DNA of 64,000 bases, from positions 50,220 to 114,219 of IMG/VR virus record IMGVR_UViG_3300033153_000868. One strand, 5' to 3'. Below are positions 52,790-61,577 of this stretch, one piece after another. This DNA comes from a virus. The number at the start of each line of letters is the position of its first letter. The stretch's first letter is position 1. A program made the translations under genes and the position numbers. The notes under the pieces are model-generated. The model had not been told where the DNA came from. It saw nothing but the letters and a program-made list of their open reading frames with translations, and searched no databases.

Positions 52790-54535
52790 TTATTTCTTTT
52801 TTCCTCTTAATTTAAACTTAGTCATTTTTTGTTTAATAGCAGGATCCATTTCTGATGCATACTTAGTTCCACACATCATAAAATCTTCTGAATCACTCAT
52901 CTTATATGCATTTCTAGATATGTCACCTGATGCAGATAATTTTAACAAAAGTTTATTTCCTGGTTTTGAAAACGTATGTTCTCCAGTATCAGTACCGGAA
53001 TATACTTCCCATGTTGCTCCATCATCATTAGACACATAATAACCCAATGTACAACCATTAGGAATAAAATAATCTACTCTATTCCAAAAAACAAAATCAA
53101 CAGAAGCTGAGTTATCTAATATATAAGGTCCATATACTATTTCCCAATTAGGTATAAAATGATTAGCATATTTTGCATCCCATATTCTAAAACCATGTCC
53201 ATCATATCCATAACCCATCTGAATCCACCATTCTACACCGCCTGTAGAATACATTCTAGTAATGTTACATCCATAATCAGCTCTATAAGATCTTCCTCTT
53301 CCACCAGTTGTTGTATCTTCAACAACTGTATCATGTCTACGTAAAGCAACATATCTATCATTATCTTGATCTAAGAATCCTGATATCATAGCTCCACCTC
53401 TATCTGCTGCAGTAGGAATAAAATTAGGATGACCTACCATTCTATCAGTTGGTTTACCACCTTGAGCATCTTGATACTTTACTCCAGCTCTAAATAAAAT
53501 ACCATAGTTATTACCTGGATTAGTAGCACCTTCATATGTAATTTGCAAAACAGTGGCTTTATTACCAGTAAAACATGGAGTCACATCAAGTTTAGTATGT
53601 CTACCAGACGCACCAACCCAAAATATATTAGGTTCATTTATTGGATCGGGTATAAACCATCCTTGTTCATAACCATCATCTCCCTGACCTATATCTCCCA
53701 TATCTACATAAACTGATTTAGGTTTGGCTGTAGATGCATCTAATATTAGAGAAAAGTTTGCATTATGGTAATAAGCATATAATATTCTGTCATTAATTTC
53801 ATCATACATAATCCAACCTCTGTATCCATTTCTATCTACAGGTTCGGAGCCTTCAAACATTATATTTCCTGCTGTGGCATCCATATATAATCTTTCTTCA
53901 ACACCAGTTTTCATGTTTCTACGCATACATCTTTTATAATGTCTTGCATCATAGTCACTTGCATATGCCCATTCTCCTGCTGCACACAAGCCTCCTACAT
54001 AATATAGACCTGTGCTTTCTACATAACCTCCACCAGTATCTTGTGATCCTATATATATTTGAGGATTACTGTGTGTTGGTCTTGGATCTTTAACAAAGGT
54101 TGATCCTCCATTCATAAGACCACTGTAGTCAAATGTAGTATAGCCATTAACATTATAAGTCATAACTACACCTTTCTTGTTTATTTTATCAATACAAATA
54201 GATTGTATATGGTTGTATGTAGATGTTGTATCTCTCCATAAAAAGTTACTGTCAAAAAATAACCTTGTCATAGTACCATCATCATTTAGTCTACGTACAG
54301 CAAAACCATCACCCCAACCAACTGTAAAAAGTAAGTCACCATCTATTTCAAAAGCAGTTGTATAACCAATAAGTCTGTCACCACCATCATATTCACCACT
54401 ACCAGAAGACACAGTAACATTACTCATACCTCTTTTAGTTACAGGTACAATAGCTACTTGCCCACCATAATTATTAGAGGCACATCCTACAATGGATTTT
54501 ATATCACTTTTACTTACGTTAGTTGCTTTAAACAT
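52790..54535 (-). CDS. Beta-rich putative fibre / receptor-binding-associated protein
   Basis: 581 aa, rich in aromatic residues, Gly and Asp; within the fibre cluster; C-terminal [11 protein letters not shown] (BNR/Asp-box-like). Confidence 0.5.
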   Translation of the reverse strand: MFKATNVSKSDIKSIVGCASNNYGGQVAIVPVTKRGMSNVTVSSGSGEYDGGDRLIGYTTAFEIDGDLLFTVGWGDGFAVRRLNDDGTMTRLFFDSNFLWRDTTSTYNHIQSICIDKINKKGVVMTYNVNGYTTFDYSGLMNGGSTFVKDPRPTHSNPQIYIGSQDTGGGYVESTGLYYVGGLCAAGEWAYASDYDARHYKRCMRRNMKTGVEERLYMDATAGNIMFEGSEPVDRNGYRGWIMYDEINDRILYAYYHNANFSLILDASTAKPKSVYVDMGDIGQGDDGYEQGWFIPDPINEPNIFWVGASGRHTKLDVTPCFTGNKATVLQITYEGATNPGNNYGILFRAGVKYQDAQGGKPTDRMVGHPNFIPTAADRGGAMISGFLDQDNDRYVALRRHDTVVEDTTTGGRGRSYRADYGCNITRMYSTGGVEWWIQMGYGYDGHGFRIWDAKYANHFIPNWEIVYGPYILDNSASVDFVFWNRVDYFIPNGCTLGYYVSNDDGATWEVYSGTDTGEHTFSKPGNKLLLKLSASGDISRNAYKMSDSEDFMMCGTKYASEMDPAIKQKMTKFKLRGKKK

Positions 54536-54696
54536 TCTTGTATTTCAAATTGTAACATTTTAATCATACTATCATTAGAACCTGCTGGAGCTACATTTAC
54601 CATGTTTAACTCTTCAGCCAATGCTTCTTCAAATTCAGCTAGACAATCTAACCAATATTGTCTGTCATCTGTTATTTCAGTTCCTCTTTCTGACAT
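54514..54696 (-). CDS. Small acidic helical protein
   Basis: 60 aa. Its ATG follows the upstream stop by 1 nt and it overlaps the next gene by 22 nt, filling the gap exactly. Confidence 0.6.
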   Translation of the reverse strand: MSERGTEITDDRQYWLDCLAEFEEALAEELNMVNVAPAGSNDSMIKMLQFEIQECLKQLT

Positions 54697-54697
54697 C

Positions 54698-55465
54698 TTA
54701 TGTTGTTATTACTTCTACCCAAAACTGGTGAAAATTCCTACTTGCTCCTACACTATGCATATAAGATGAATTCATTCCGCTATAAACCAATGACGCATTA
54801 GATCTTGATAATGCACCTTGAGTTGTTGCTGAATCCATGTATATTTCTATGTGGTCTATAAATCTTGACAAAGGCAAATCATATTGAACATAATATGCAG
54901 AAGGTAATTCTATTACTGACATATTAATAACAGACAACGCACCTGCTGTATAAACTTGACTTACTAATGAAGGACTTGAATATACACCTTCTTTAACGGC
55001 ATATATTCTATATGACATTGTACCACTAGTATTAAATGTAGTATCCACAATAGTCATTGTGCCAGAAAAATCATCTATTGGTACTTGACCTATAATACCA
55101 AAGTCTGCACCATCATCTGATGACCAAACTTGATAGTAATCTATATTATTTGAACTTGATTTACCAAATACAACCTCTATTGTTTGACCAACCACTGAAG
55201 CTGATACATTAGTAGGAGCACCTGGAGCTGCAGGTCTATGATTGCTTATAGCATTATCTACATATGTTTTATTTGTTGCATCTGTACCAGATGAAACTGT
55301 ATCTACCCCTTGTATTCTACCAGTTCCCCCAAGGGTAATATTACCACCAGAAACTGTTATATTATTAGCAAAAGTAGAATTACCACTTGAATCATTTATT
55401 GTTGATGTTTTTCTACCTGCCCAGCTACTACTCCAATTATCAGGGGAATATTCCTGACTCAGCAT
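54698..55465 (-). CDS. FN3-containing fibre C-terminal part (possibly the frameshifted continuation of 55440-56279)
   Basis: 255 aa. DATNKTYVD fibre motif and FN3-like PGAPTNVSAS...DYYQVW...YRIYAV. Overlaps the upstream ORF at a CCC-TGA site. Confidence 0.65.
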   Translation of the reverse strand: MLSQEYSPDNWSSSWAGRKTSTINDSSGNSTFANNITVSGGNITLGGTGRIQGVDTVSSGTDATNKTYVDNAISNHRPAAPGAPTNVSASVVGQTIEVVFGKSSSNNIDYYQVWSSDDGADFGIIGQVPIDDFSGTMTIVDTTFNTSGTMSYRIYAVKEGVYSSPSLVSQVYTAGALSVINMSVIELPSAYYVQYDLPLSRFIDHIEIYMDSATTQGALSRSNASLVYSGMNSSYMHSVGASRNFHQFWVEVITT

Positions 55466-56279
55466 TTAAATAAACTAACTCACCTGTTTGTCCTGATGCG
55501 TAACTAGATGATTCTCCTGCATTAAGTACAAGTTGTTGACCACCATAAGTTCTTACTTGATTAGTTCTTAATCCATCTGCATTACTAAAATCAGCTCTAC
55601 TTGAAAATGTTTTTACATCACCAATAGTTTGTGCACCTGAAGTTCTTACTACTGTGCTATCTAATTGAATAGTACCTGTACTTGTTATAGTACCTCCTGT
55701 AATACCATTTGTTGTAGCTATAGATGTTACACCTGAGCTTGTAGCATATCTTCCGTCAAGATCAACCGTTACTGCACTAAGACCTGATCTATTAAGTGTT
55801 AATACACCATTACTTGTATCAAAAGATGCAGAACTTAAATAATAGTTTGTTGTTGTATCCTTAGATGTAATCTCAATAGTATCTGTACTTGCATCAGTCT
55901 TTATTGTAATATTACTACCTGCTTTAAATGTAAGTGTATCATTATTATTATCTGCAACAATGTTAGATTGACCAGCTGCTGCAATATTTTTAAATATGTT
56001 TTGAGCTGAACCTCTATCACTATTTGATAAGGTTATTGTACCACTTGATGTTATTGTACCTGTACCAGATAAACCATTAGAACCTGTAACAGTAACTGAA
56101 GTCACAGTCCCTGTTCCTGAACCTGCACCAATATCTGATAAAAGTTGAGCTTTAGTTCTGTACTTCAATCCTGAACCATCCCATACTAATATACCAGTAT
56201 ATGTACTGTTATCATTCGCTATACTAGTTACAGTACATGATCCGTCTATTTCTATTGAAGATAAAAAACTTATAGCCAT
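55440..56279 (-). CDS. Tail-fibre-like protein, N-terminal part
   Basis: 279 aa. GTVTSV and GVTSI...G.TGGTIT.TGTI fibre repeats; shares modules with the 996-aa fibre. Confidence 0.75.
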   Translation of the reverse strand: MAISFLSSIEIDGSCTVTSIANDNSTYTGILVWDGSGLKYRTKAQLLSDIGAGSGTGTVTSVTVTGSNGLSGTGTITSSGTITLSNSDRGSAQNIFKNIAAAGQSNIVADNNNDTLTFKAGSNITIKTDASTDTIEITSKDTTTNYYLSSASFDTSNGVLTLNRSGLSAVTVDLDGRYATSSGVTSIATTNGITGGTITSTGTIQLDSTVVRTSGAQTIGDVKTFSSRADFSNADGLRTNQVRTYGGQQLVLNAGESSSYASGQTGELVYLNAESGIFP

Positions 56280-56314
56280 GACATTTTATTCTTTGTTTGC
56301 AATATACATATTTT

Positions 56315-56361
56315 AAAAAAAAGGGGAAACACTAAATTCTAGATTTAAATGCTCCCCCTTT
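56315..56361 (-). terminator. Intrinsic terminator after the 801-aa fibre gene
   Basis: Minus strand AAAGGGGGAGCA...TGTTTCCCC followed by a T run. Confidence 0.75.
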
Positions 56362-56376
56362 AAATTCTACTTTTTA

Positions 56377-58782
56377 TTATCCTACAAGCTGCATTACTAC
56401 TGTAATGTTATTTGCACCTAAATTAGAAGATGCAGTAAATGTTACAGTTCCTGTAGCTGTATTCGCAACAACATCCATAAATACTTGATTTCCTTTAGAA
56501 TCATAAGTTTGAATAATCCAAGGTCCATTAGCTAATCCATGAACACCAGTAGCAATACTAAAGGTGTTTGTAGTAGTTGCTGGATAAGTACCTGTGTATG
56601 ATCTTTTAGATTGAGCACTTGCCAATGTTGCTGGAGTTACATATCTAAATGTATCTGTTCCCGCATCTACTTCAGCTTGTGTTGCTATCTCTGTAACACC
56701 AACTGATCCTGTTGCAGCATTAGGCAATGTTCTTTTACTCATTGATGTAATAACACCATCAGTAACATTAATTTGATCTACAACGTCTACATCACTTGTA
56801 TCAAGATCTGTACTAGTACCAATCTGTTTGTTAAATGTACTTGCTAATTGTGCATCACTAATTCCACCTGCTTTAACAGTAATAAATCCAGTTGCTGTAC
56901 CAGCAAAAGTTGCACTACTAAATCCAGCAACACCTTTTTCAGTTGCTCCATCTGTAGCACCTACTCCTGCAATGTTTTGATCTTGAATAACAATAGCATA
57001 ATCTGAAGCTGGAGGATTAGAACTTGCTGCAATTGCTTGATTAGCATAAATTGTATCTCCAACCTCTACATCTACAGTACTTCCATTAAATGATATAGTA
57101 CCATCTTTAGTAACAACAAAGAAATCCCCGGTTGTTAGTGCAATGTTACTTGCTCCTGCTATTGCTGGTGAGTTTGCTGATGCATCATATCCACCTTGGA
57201 ATACACCAACTCCGGCTACAAGTGCTTGCACTTGCCCTAAGTTAACTGCATCTTTTGATGCTGTACCATTTGCTAAAGTTGTAAGTTTGAAATTTCCAAA
57301 ACTTAAATCAGCAGAAGGTGCATCAAATACAGATAATGAAACTTTACCAAGCGGTTGTTTAACTGTTTCTCCTTTACCACTTGCTGCATCTTGTATTAAT
57401 ATAAGGTCATCAGTCAGTGGAACTTGTGCCATTAATGGAGCATCTTCTATAAGACCAGTTATACCATAATCAACTTCAACTGTACCTGTAGATGTTATTG
57501 TTCCACCTTTAAGACCTGCTCCTGTAGCAACACTTTTTACTGTACCAGTTGTATAAGTACCTAAAGTTAAATCACCAAGTATTACTTGACTTGATGAACC
57601 TGCTCCTGCAATGTTTATTGTACCTGAAGTAGTAATTGGTCCACCTGTAATTGTTAATGCATTACCTGTTTCTGTTATTTCAATACTTGTTACACCTGAA
57701 CCAGAATCATTAACCCACTCTACTACACCTGTTGAAGAAACAGCAAGTCTTTGCCCATTTCCACCAATTGCTAATGTAGCTAATGAATTTGCACCGTCTG
57801 CAAATAATATATCTCCTTTGGTATATGATGCTAATCCTGTACCTCCATTTACTACGTTTAATGTACCAGCTAAAGTAATTGTTCCACTACTTGTAATTGG
57901 ACCACCACTTGTTGTTAAACCAGTAAGTCCACCACTAACATCAACAGAAGTTACAGAACCTGCACCTGCATTAATATAAGTTGCTACTTGAGATAAGTTT
58001 GCAAATTTAGCATTGCTATCTGAATCATCAGAAAATAAAACTTTATCATCCGCAAGTAAAGTAACAGCTGTTCCATCAGCAGCTGCTAATACAACGTTAT
58101 CTGTTCCTGCATAATCTACTGCTAGTGTTCCTGCTGCAGTAATTGCACCACCTGTTAAACCTGCTCCAGATCCTACAGAAGTAACTGTACCATCTTTACC
58201 AAAACCTGGCATTTTATTAAGAGGGGTCTTGTAGATATTATTATCGTCTGCAGCTGAAAACCATAGATAATCTTCTGATTTAATAACTGAATCACCAGCT
58301 GTTAAGATTGCATTATCTACACCGTTATAATCAATATTTACAGTTGGGTTTACAGTTGACGTACCTGTAATACTAATTCCTTTACCTTCACTTACATCTG
58401 TTACTGTACCAACGTATTGATCAGCTGAATTAATAGTGAATGTAGAACCGGCACGTGTTACTGTAGTTGTACCAGAACCTGTATATACTATTGAATCAGT
58501 ACTAGCTGGATTTGAAGCAACTAAATTTAATGTTGCTGTTCCGTTACCAGATCCTGTTGCTGTTAAGTCATAAGTTGTGTTACCATCTGTACCTGTTGTT
58601 ATATCTACCCAAGCAGAACCATCATATAATTTTAGTTTATTTGTACTAGAGTTATAATAGATTTTACCTGCAATTCCTGACGGGTCAGCGCCAAGAGGCT
58701 GAATAATAACATTTTGTATTTGGTTATTATTCAGGTTTAAATTTCCTTGGACATCTAGTCCTGTTAAAAATTGTACTGCCAT
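56377..58782 (-). CDS. Tail fibre-like structural protein
   Basis: 801 aa. GKIYYNS..NKLKLYDGSAW; several GTVTSV..G.GL.GG.IT..GT repeats; DAVNLGQV; EIATQAEVDAGTD...VTPATL. Confidence 0.8.
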   Translation of the reverse strand: MAVQFLTGLDVQGNLNLNNNQIQNVIIQPLGADPSGIAGKIYYNSSTNKLKLYDGSAWVDITTGTDGNTTYDLTATGSGNGTATLNLVASNPASTDSIVYTGSGTTTVTRAGSTFTINSADQYVGTVTDVSEGKGISITGTSTVNPTVNIDYNGVDNAILTAGDSVIKSEDYLWFSAADDNNIYKTPLNKMPGFGKDGTVTSVGSGAGLTGGAITAAGTLAVDYAGTDNVVLAAADGTAVTLLADDKVLFSDDSDSNAKFANLSQVATYINAGAGSVTSVDVSGGLTGLTTSGGPITSSGTITLAGTLNVVNGGTGLASYTKGDILFADGANSLATLAIGGNGQRLAVSSTGVVEWVNDSGSGVTSIEITETGNALTITGGPITTSGTINIAGAGSSSQVILGDLTLGTYTTGTVKSVATGAGLKGGTITSTGTVEVDYGITGLIEDAPLMAQVPLTDDLILIQDAASGKGETVKQPLGKVSLSVFDAPSADLSFGNFKLTTLANGTASKDAVNLGQVQALVAGVGVFQGGYDASANSPAIAGASNIALTTGDFFVVTKDGTISFNGSTVDVEVGDTIYANQAIAASSNPPASDYAIVIQDQNIAGVGATDGATEKGVAGFSSATFAGTATGFITVKAGGISDAQLASTFNKQIGTSTDLDTSDVDVVDQINVTDGVITSMSKRTLPNAATGSVGVTEIATQAEVDAGTDTFRYVTPATLASAQSKRSYTGTYPATTTNTFSIATGVHGLANGPWIIQTYDSKGNQVFMDVVANTATGTVTFTASSNLGANNITVVMQLVG

Positions 58783-58816
58783 TTTGTTTTATTTATTTGT
58801 TATTTATTTTAGTTAT

Positions 58817-59359
58817 TTAATTTAAAAAGACGCACCCTGAAAAAGAGGCTGCAAATGTTATTCTTAATTGTTGTGAACTTATATATTCTACATTACCTAC
58901 TACTACTGTATTTCCACTATCTATTACTGTAACAGAAGGATACTCTCCTAAATTATGTGTAACAGTCCAAACAGATGAAGCTACTTCAAAACATTCCGTA
59001 TATGTACCTTGGTCTGCTACTACACCTTCTAAATCAAGAACTGTACAAACACTACTTGGTGTTTCAGGACAACTCATGCTGGCCTTTAAATTTATTTCTG
59101 CTAATGGTTCAACAAATACACCTGGTGTTTCTGTTGCTGCTATAACTTTATTACTAGCTGAATTCTGCCAATCACATAAATCTTTTCTTAATACTGCTAA
59201 TTCCATATCAGTATAACAACAAGCATCTATTCCAAATCTAATAGACTGAAAATTTGCATATACTTGTTTAGCAAAAGTTTGTTCAACTTTTATTCTTTTA
59301 AGTAATGCAAGTTCTTTTGCCTTTTCACTATTAGAGAATGATCTTATTGCTTTACCCAT
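58817..59359 (-). CDS. Structural protein with a C-terminal WTVTHNLG...PSVTV beta domain
   Basis: 180 aa. The C-terminal domain resembles the end of the adjacent 801-aa fibre. Several Cys. Confidence 0.6.
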   Translation of the reverse strand: MGKAIRSFSNSEKAKELALLKRIKVEQTFAKQVYANFQSIRFGIDACCYTDMELAVLRKDLCDWQNSASNKVIAATETPGVFVEPLAEINLKASMSCPETPSSVCTVLDLEGVVADQGTYTECFEVASSVWTVTHNLGEYPSVTVIDSGNTVVVGNVEYISSQQLRITFAASFSGCVFLN

Positions 59360-59360
59360 G

Positions 59361-59540
59361 TTATTTATTTCTTAAATCTTGTATCTGCTGTCTAGCTAAT
59401 TCTCTATTCAAATTACTTGATGTAGAAACATCAGCATCAACTTTTGCTTTACATTGCTTGCATACTATTACTCCATTACCTAATGAAGCTTTTTGACATC
59501 CGCAAGTAAATTGCTTATTACAGTGTGCACAATTTGCCAT
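59361..59540 (-). CDS. 59-aa Cys-rich (Zn-ribbon-like) protein missing from the ORF track
   Basis: MANCAHCNKQFTCGCQKASLGNGVIVCKQCKAKVDADVSTSSNLNRELARQQIQDLRNK*. It fills the gap exactly, follows an A-rich leader, and its stop is 1 nt before the next ATG. Confidence 0.8.
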   Translation of the reverse strand: MANCAHCNKQFTCGCQKASLGNGVIVCKQCKAKVDADVSTSSNLNRELARQQIQDLRNK

Positions 59541-59555
59541 TTTTTTTTTTTGGTT

Positions 59556-60131
59556 TTAAATTAAATATTGAGAACTTGATCCGCAGTTTCCTGATGGACA
59601 AGCTATTTTATTTAGTCTATTTTTAGCATAATTATATAATTGCATTCCATGTGCTGCAGATTGACAATATTCTACATTAGCAACAGCCGCATCAATTACT
59701 GTTCTTATATAACTCATTTCTGCTAACAATGATTGTTTTTCTGAATCTGGTTGGCATGCTTGCACTTCTAAATCACATAGTACTTCATAATAAGTAGTAA
59801 GTAATCTAGTTACTCTAAGATGATTGTATTCTACATATACTTTAGAGTTTGGTGATACACTATATTTAATAATATAAACACCATCTGGAATTTTTTCCTG
59901 TGTTGTACCACAGTCTGATTTTTGTATTGCCAGTGTACAAGCTGTAAGACACATATCAAAATCTTTGTCAACTTTTATAAGTACTGGTACAGAAAAACCT
60001 GGAAGAGTGATTAATAATTCTTCACAATCTACAGCAAGTTCTGAACTGTATTGACTTGTATCTTTAATACACAATAAATCACAGTTAGATACTGTGGGTA
60101 TTTCTAAACTTAATATATGTTTGCTTGCCAT
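59556..60131 (-). CDS. Cys-rich putative structural (tail hub/fibre-docking-like) protein
   Basis: 191 aa with an IPDGVYIIKYSV motif; first gene of the fibre cluster. Confidence 0.55.
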   Translation of the reverse strand: MASKHILSLEIPTVSNCDLLCIKDTSQYSSELAVDCEELLITLPGFSVPVLIKVDKDFDMCLTACTLAIQKSDCGTTQEKIPDGVYIIKYSVSPNSKVYVEYNHLRVTRLLTTYYEVLCDLEVQACQPDSEKQSLLAEMSYIRTVIDAAVANVEYCQSAAHGMQLYNYAKNRLNKIACPSGNCGSSSQYLI

Positions 60132-60191
60132 TTTTTAGTACTTTATTACACTATATAGATAATATACAAAAAATTACAGACAATATAAAAT

Positions 60192-60221
60192 AAAAAGAGC
60201 AGGAGATTTCTCCCCTGCCCT
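60192..60221 (-). terminator. Intrinsic terminator after the 401-aa gene
   Basis: Minus strand AGGGCAGGGG-AGAAAT-CTCCTGCTCT-TTTT. Confidence 0.75.
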
Positions 60222-60245
60222 AATATTTAAAATAGAGTTCTCAGA

Positions 60246-61451
60246 TTATACTGCGTCTATATCTTGCTCATAAGGAACAAAATTACCAGCTGAATCTGCC
60301 CATGTTGCTAAAGCAGTCATAAGTTTTTCAACTTCTGCTTGAGCACCTGCATCAGAACATTTTACAAAAATCTTATATACATACTGATCATTATCAAACA
60401 CTCCAGATGGATTGTTGAATCTTGGCACAGAATGCTGAATATAATATGCTTTGTAAGTTGCACTTCTGTCAACAGCAGATAGTAATTCATCAGACATTTC
60501 AATTTCTCTGAATCTTGCACTATCAGCATTTCCTTGATTGTAAGGAGACTGACGGTATCTTTCAGACATAATTAAATCTCTAATTACTTCTTCACCTTGA
60601 GTTTGTTGCATCATACCAGGAGTTCTTGAAGCAACTCCACAGTCATTACATACTTCACCTGTTTCATCTAATTGAGAAACAATAATTTCTACAGGCTCAG
60701 CATTAAAGTGATCTCTTGTATCAAAAGAACAGTTACCAAATACAGTGTCTACATAAGCACCAACAAAGTTAGCAGCAGCACTTACTTGATCAGCAACTGG
60801 ATCAGTTGAAGGTACGTAAGTTCCGTCTAATGCTTGTTCAATAGTGTATGTTGTAGAAACACCTGCTACTGTAGCAACAATACCACCACCACTAGCTTCA
60901 GCTACAAAAGGCTTAATTAATGGATCAGCTAGAGCCATTTTTGCCATAGTTGCTAATACTAATACTGGATCAATGTACTCTTGTCCATCTACACAGCAAA
61001 TGTTTGCTGAATCAGCAATTGCATATGCATTGTGATTTAAGAATCTTAATGCTGGTGAACCTTTTACATCAATTCTTAGAAATTGTGTTTTACCACATGG
61101 TGCACAATCAGAAGCTAAAGATAAGCTTGCTGTAGCTTGTACAGCTGATTGACATGTTGCATCCCATAATCTTGTAATATATCTTGGGTTAATCCCTTTA
61201 GATTTTACAGATTCTTTGTACCCTCCGTGACCTGGATTGTTTCCAATAGTATCTTTAGAGTAGAATGAACCTTGAACTACGTAGCCAAGTGCTCCCTTTG
61301 CAGGTGCTCCTGGTAATGCTACTGATGCCCAAGTTGCATCACTTACTAAAGCTACTTGACCAGCAGTAAGAGCACTTGTTGCAGTACCCGCTGTATCTAG
61401 CGTGCTATCTGCAATAAACGTCTTGTTAAACGCATGATTAAAATAAGCCAT
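60246..61451 (-). CDS. Abundant structural protein, likely auxiliary capsid protein (crAss gene-73-like position)
   Basis: 401 aa, Ala/Gly-rich, with its own candidate promoter and terminator. Assignment rests mainly on synteny. Confidence 0.55.
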   Translation of the reverse strand: MAYFNHAFNKTFIADSTLDTAGTATSALTAGQVALVSDATWASVALPGAPAKGALGYVVQGSFYSKDTIGNNPGHGGYKESVKSKGINPRYITRLWDATCQSAVQATASLSLASDCAPCGKTQFLRIDVKGSPALRFLNHNAYAIADSANICCVDGQEYIDPVLVLATMAKMALADPLIKPFVAEASGGGIVATVAGVSTTYTIEQALDGTYVPSTDPVADQVSAAANFVGAYVDTVFGNCSFDTRDHFNAEPVEIIVSQLDETGEVCNDCGVASRTPGMMQQTQGEEVIRDLIMSERYRQSPYNQGNADSARFREIEMSDELLSAVDRSATYKAYYIQHSVPRFNNPSGVFDNDQYVYKIFVKCSDAGAQAEVEKLMTALATWADSAGNFVPYEQDIDAV

Positions 61452-61577
61452 AATTATTAATTTTGTGTGAGGACCATTACCCTCACTGGTTATAAATAAA
61501 TGATTTTACCAGTTTACTCTGTCCGTAACTTCCTTGTTACTATAATAATATACACATTTTTTGTTTAAAATCATATA

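Noticed and set aside
49798-58782. Diversity-generating retroelement or invertible shufflon acting on the fibre genes
   Set aside because: No reverse transcriptase or invertase in the window. The repeats are diverged protein-level duplications, not adenine-specific TR/VR pairs.
59540-59551. 12-nt T homopolymer as a phase-variation site
   Set aside because: It is the intergenic A-rich leader of the 59-aa gene; length changes would not shift a reading frame, and such runs are expected at this AT content.
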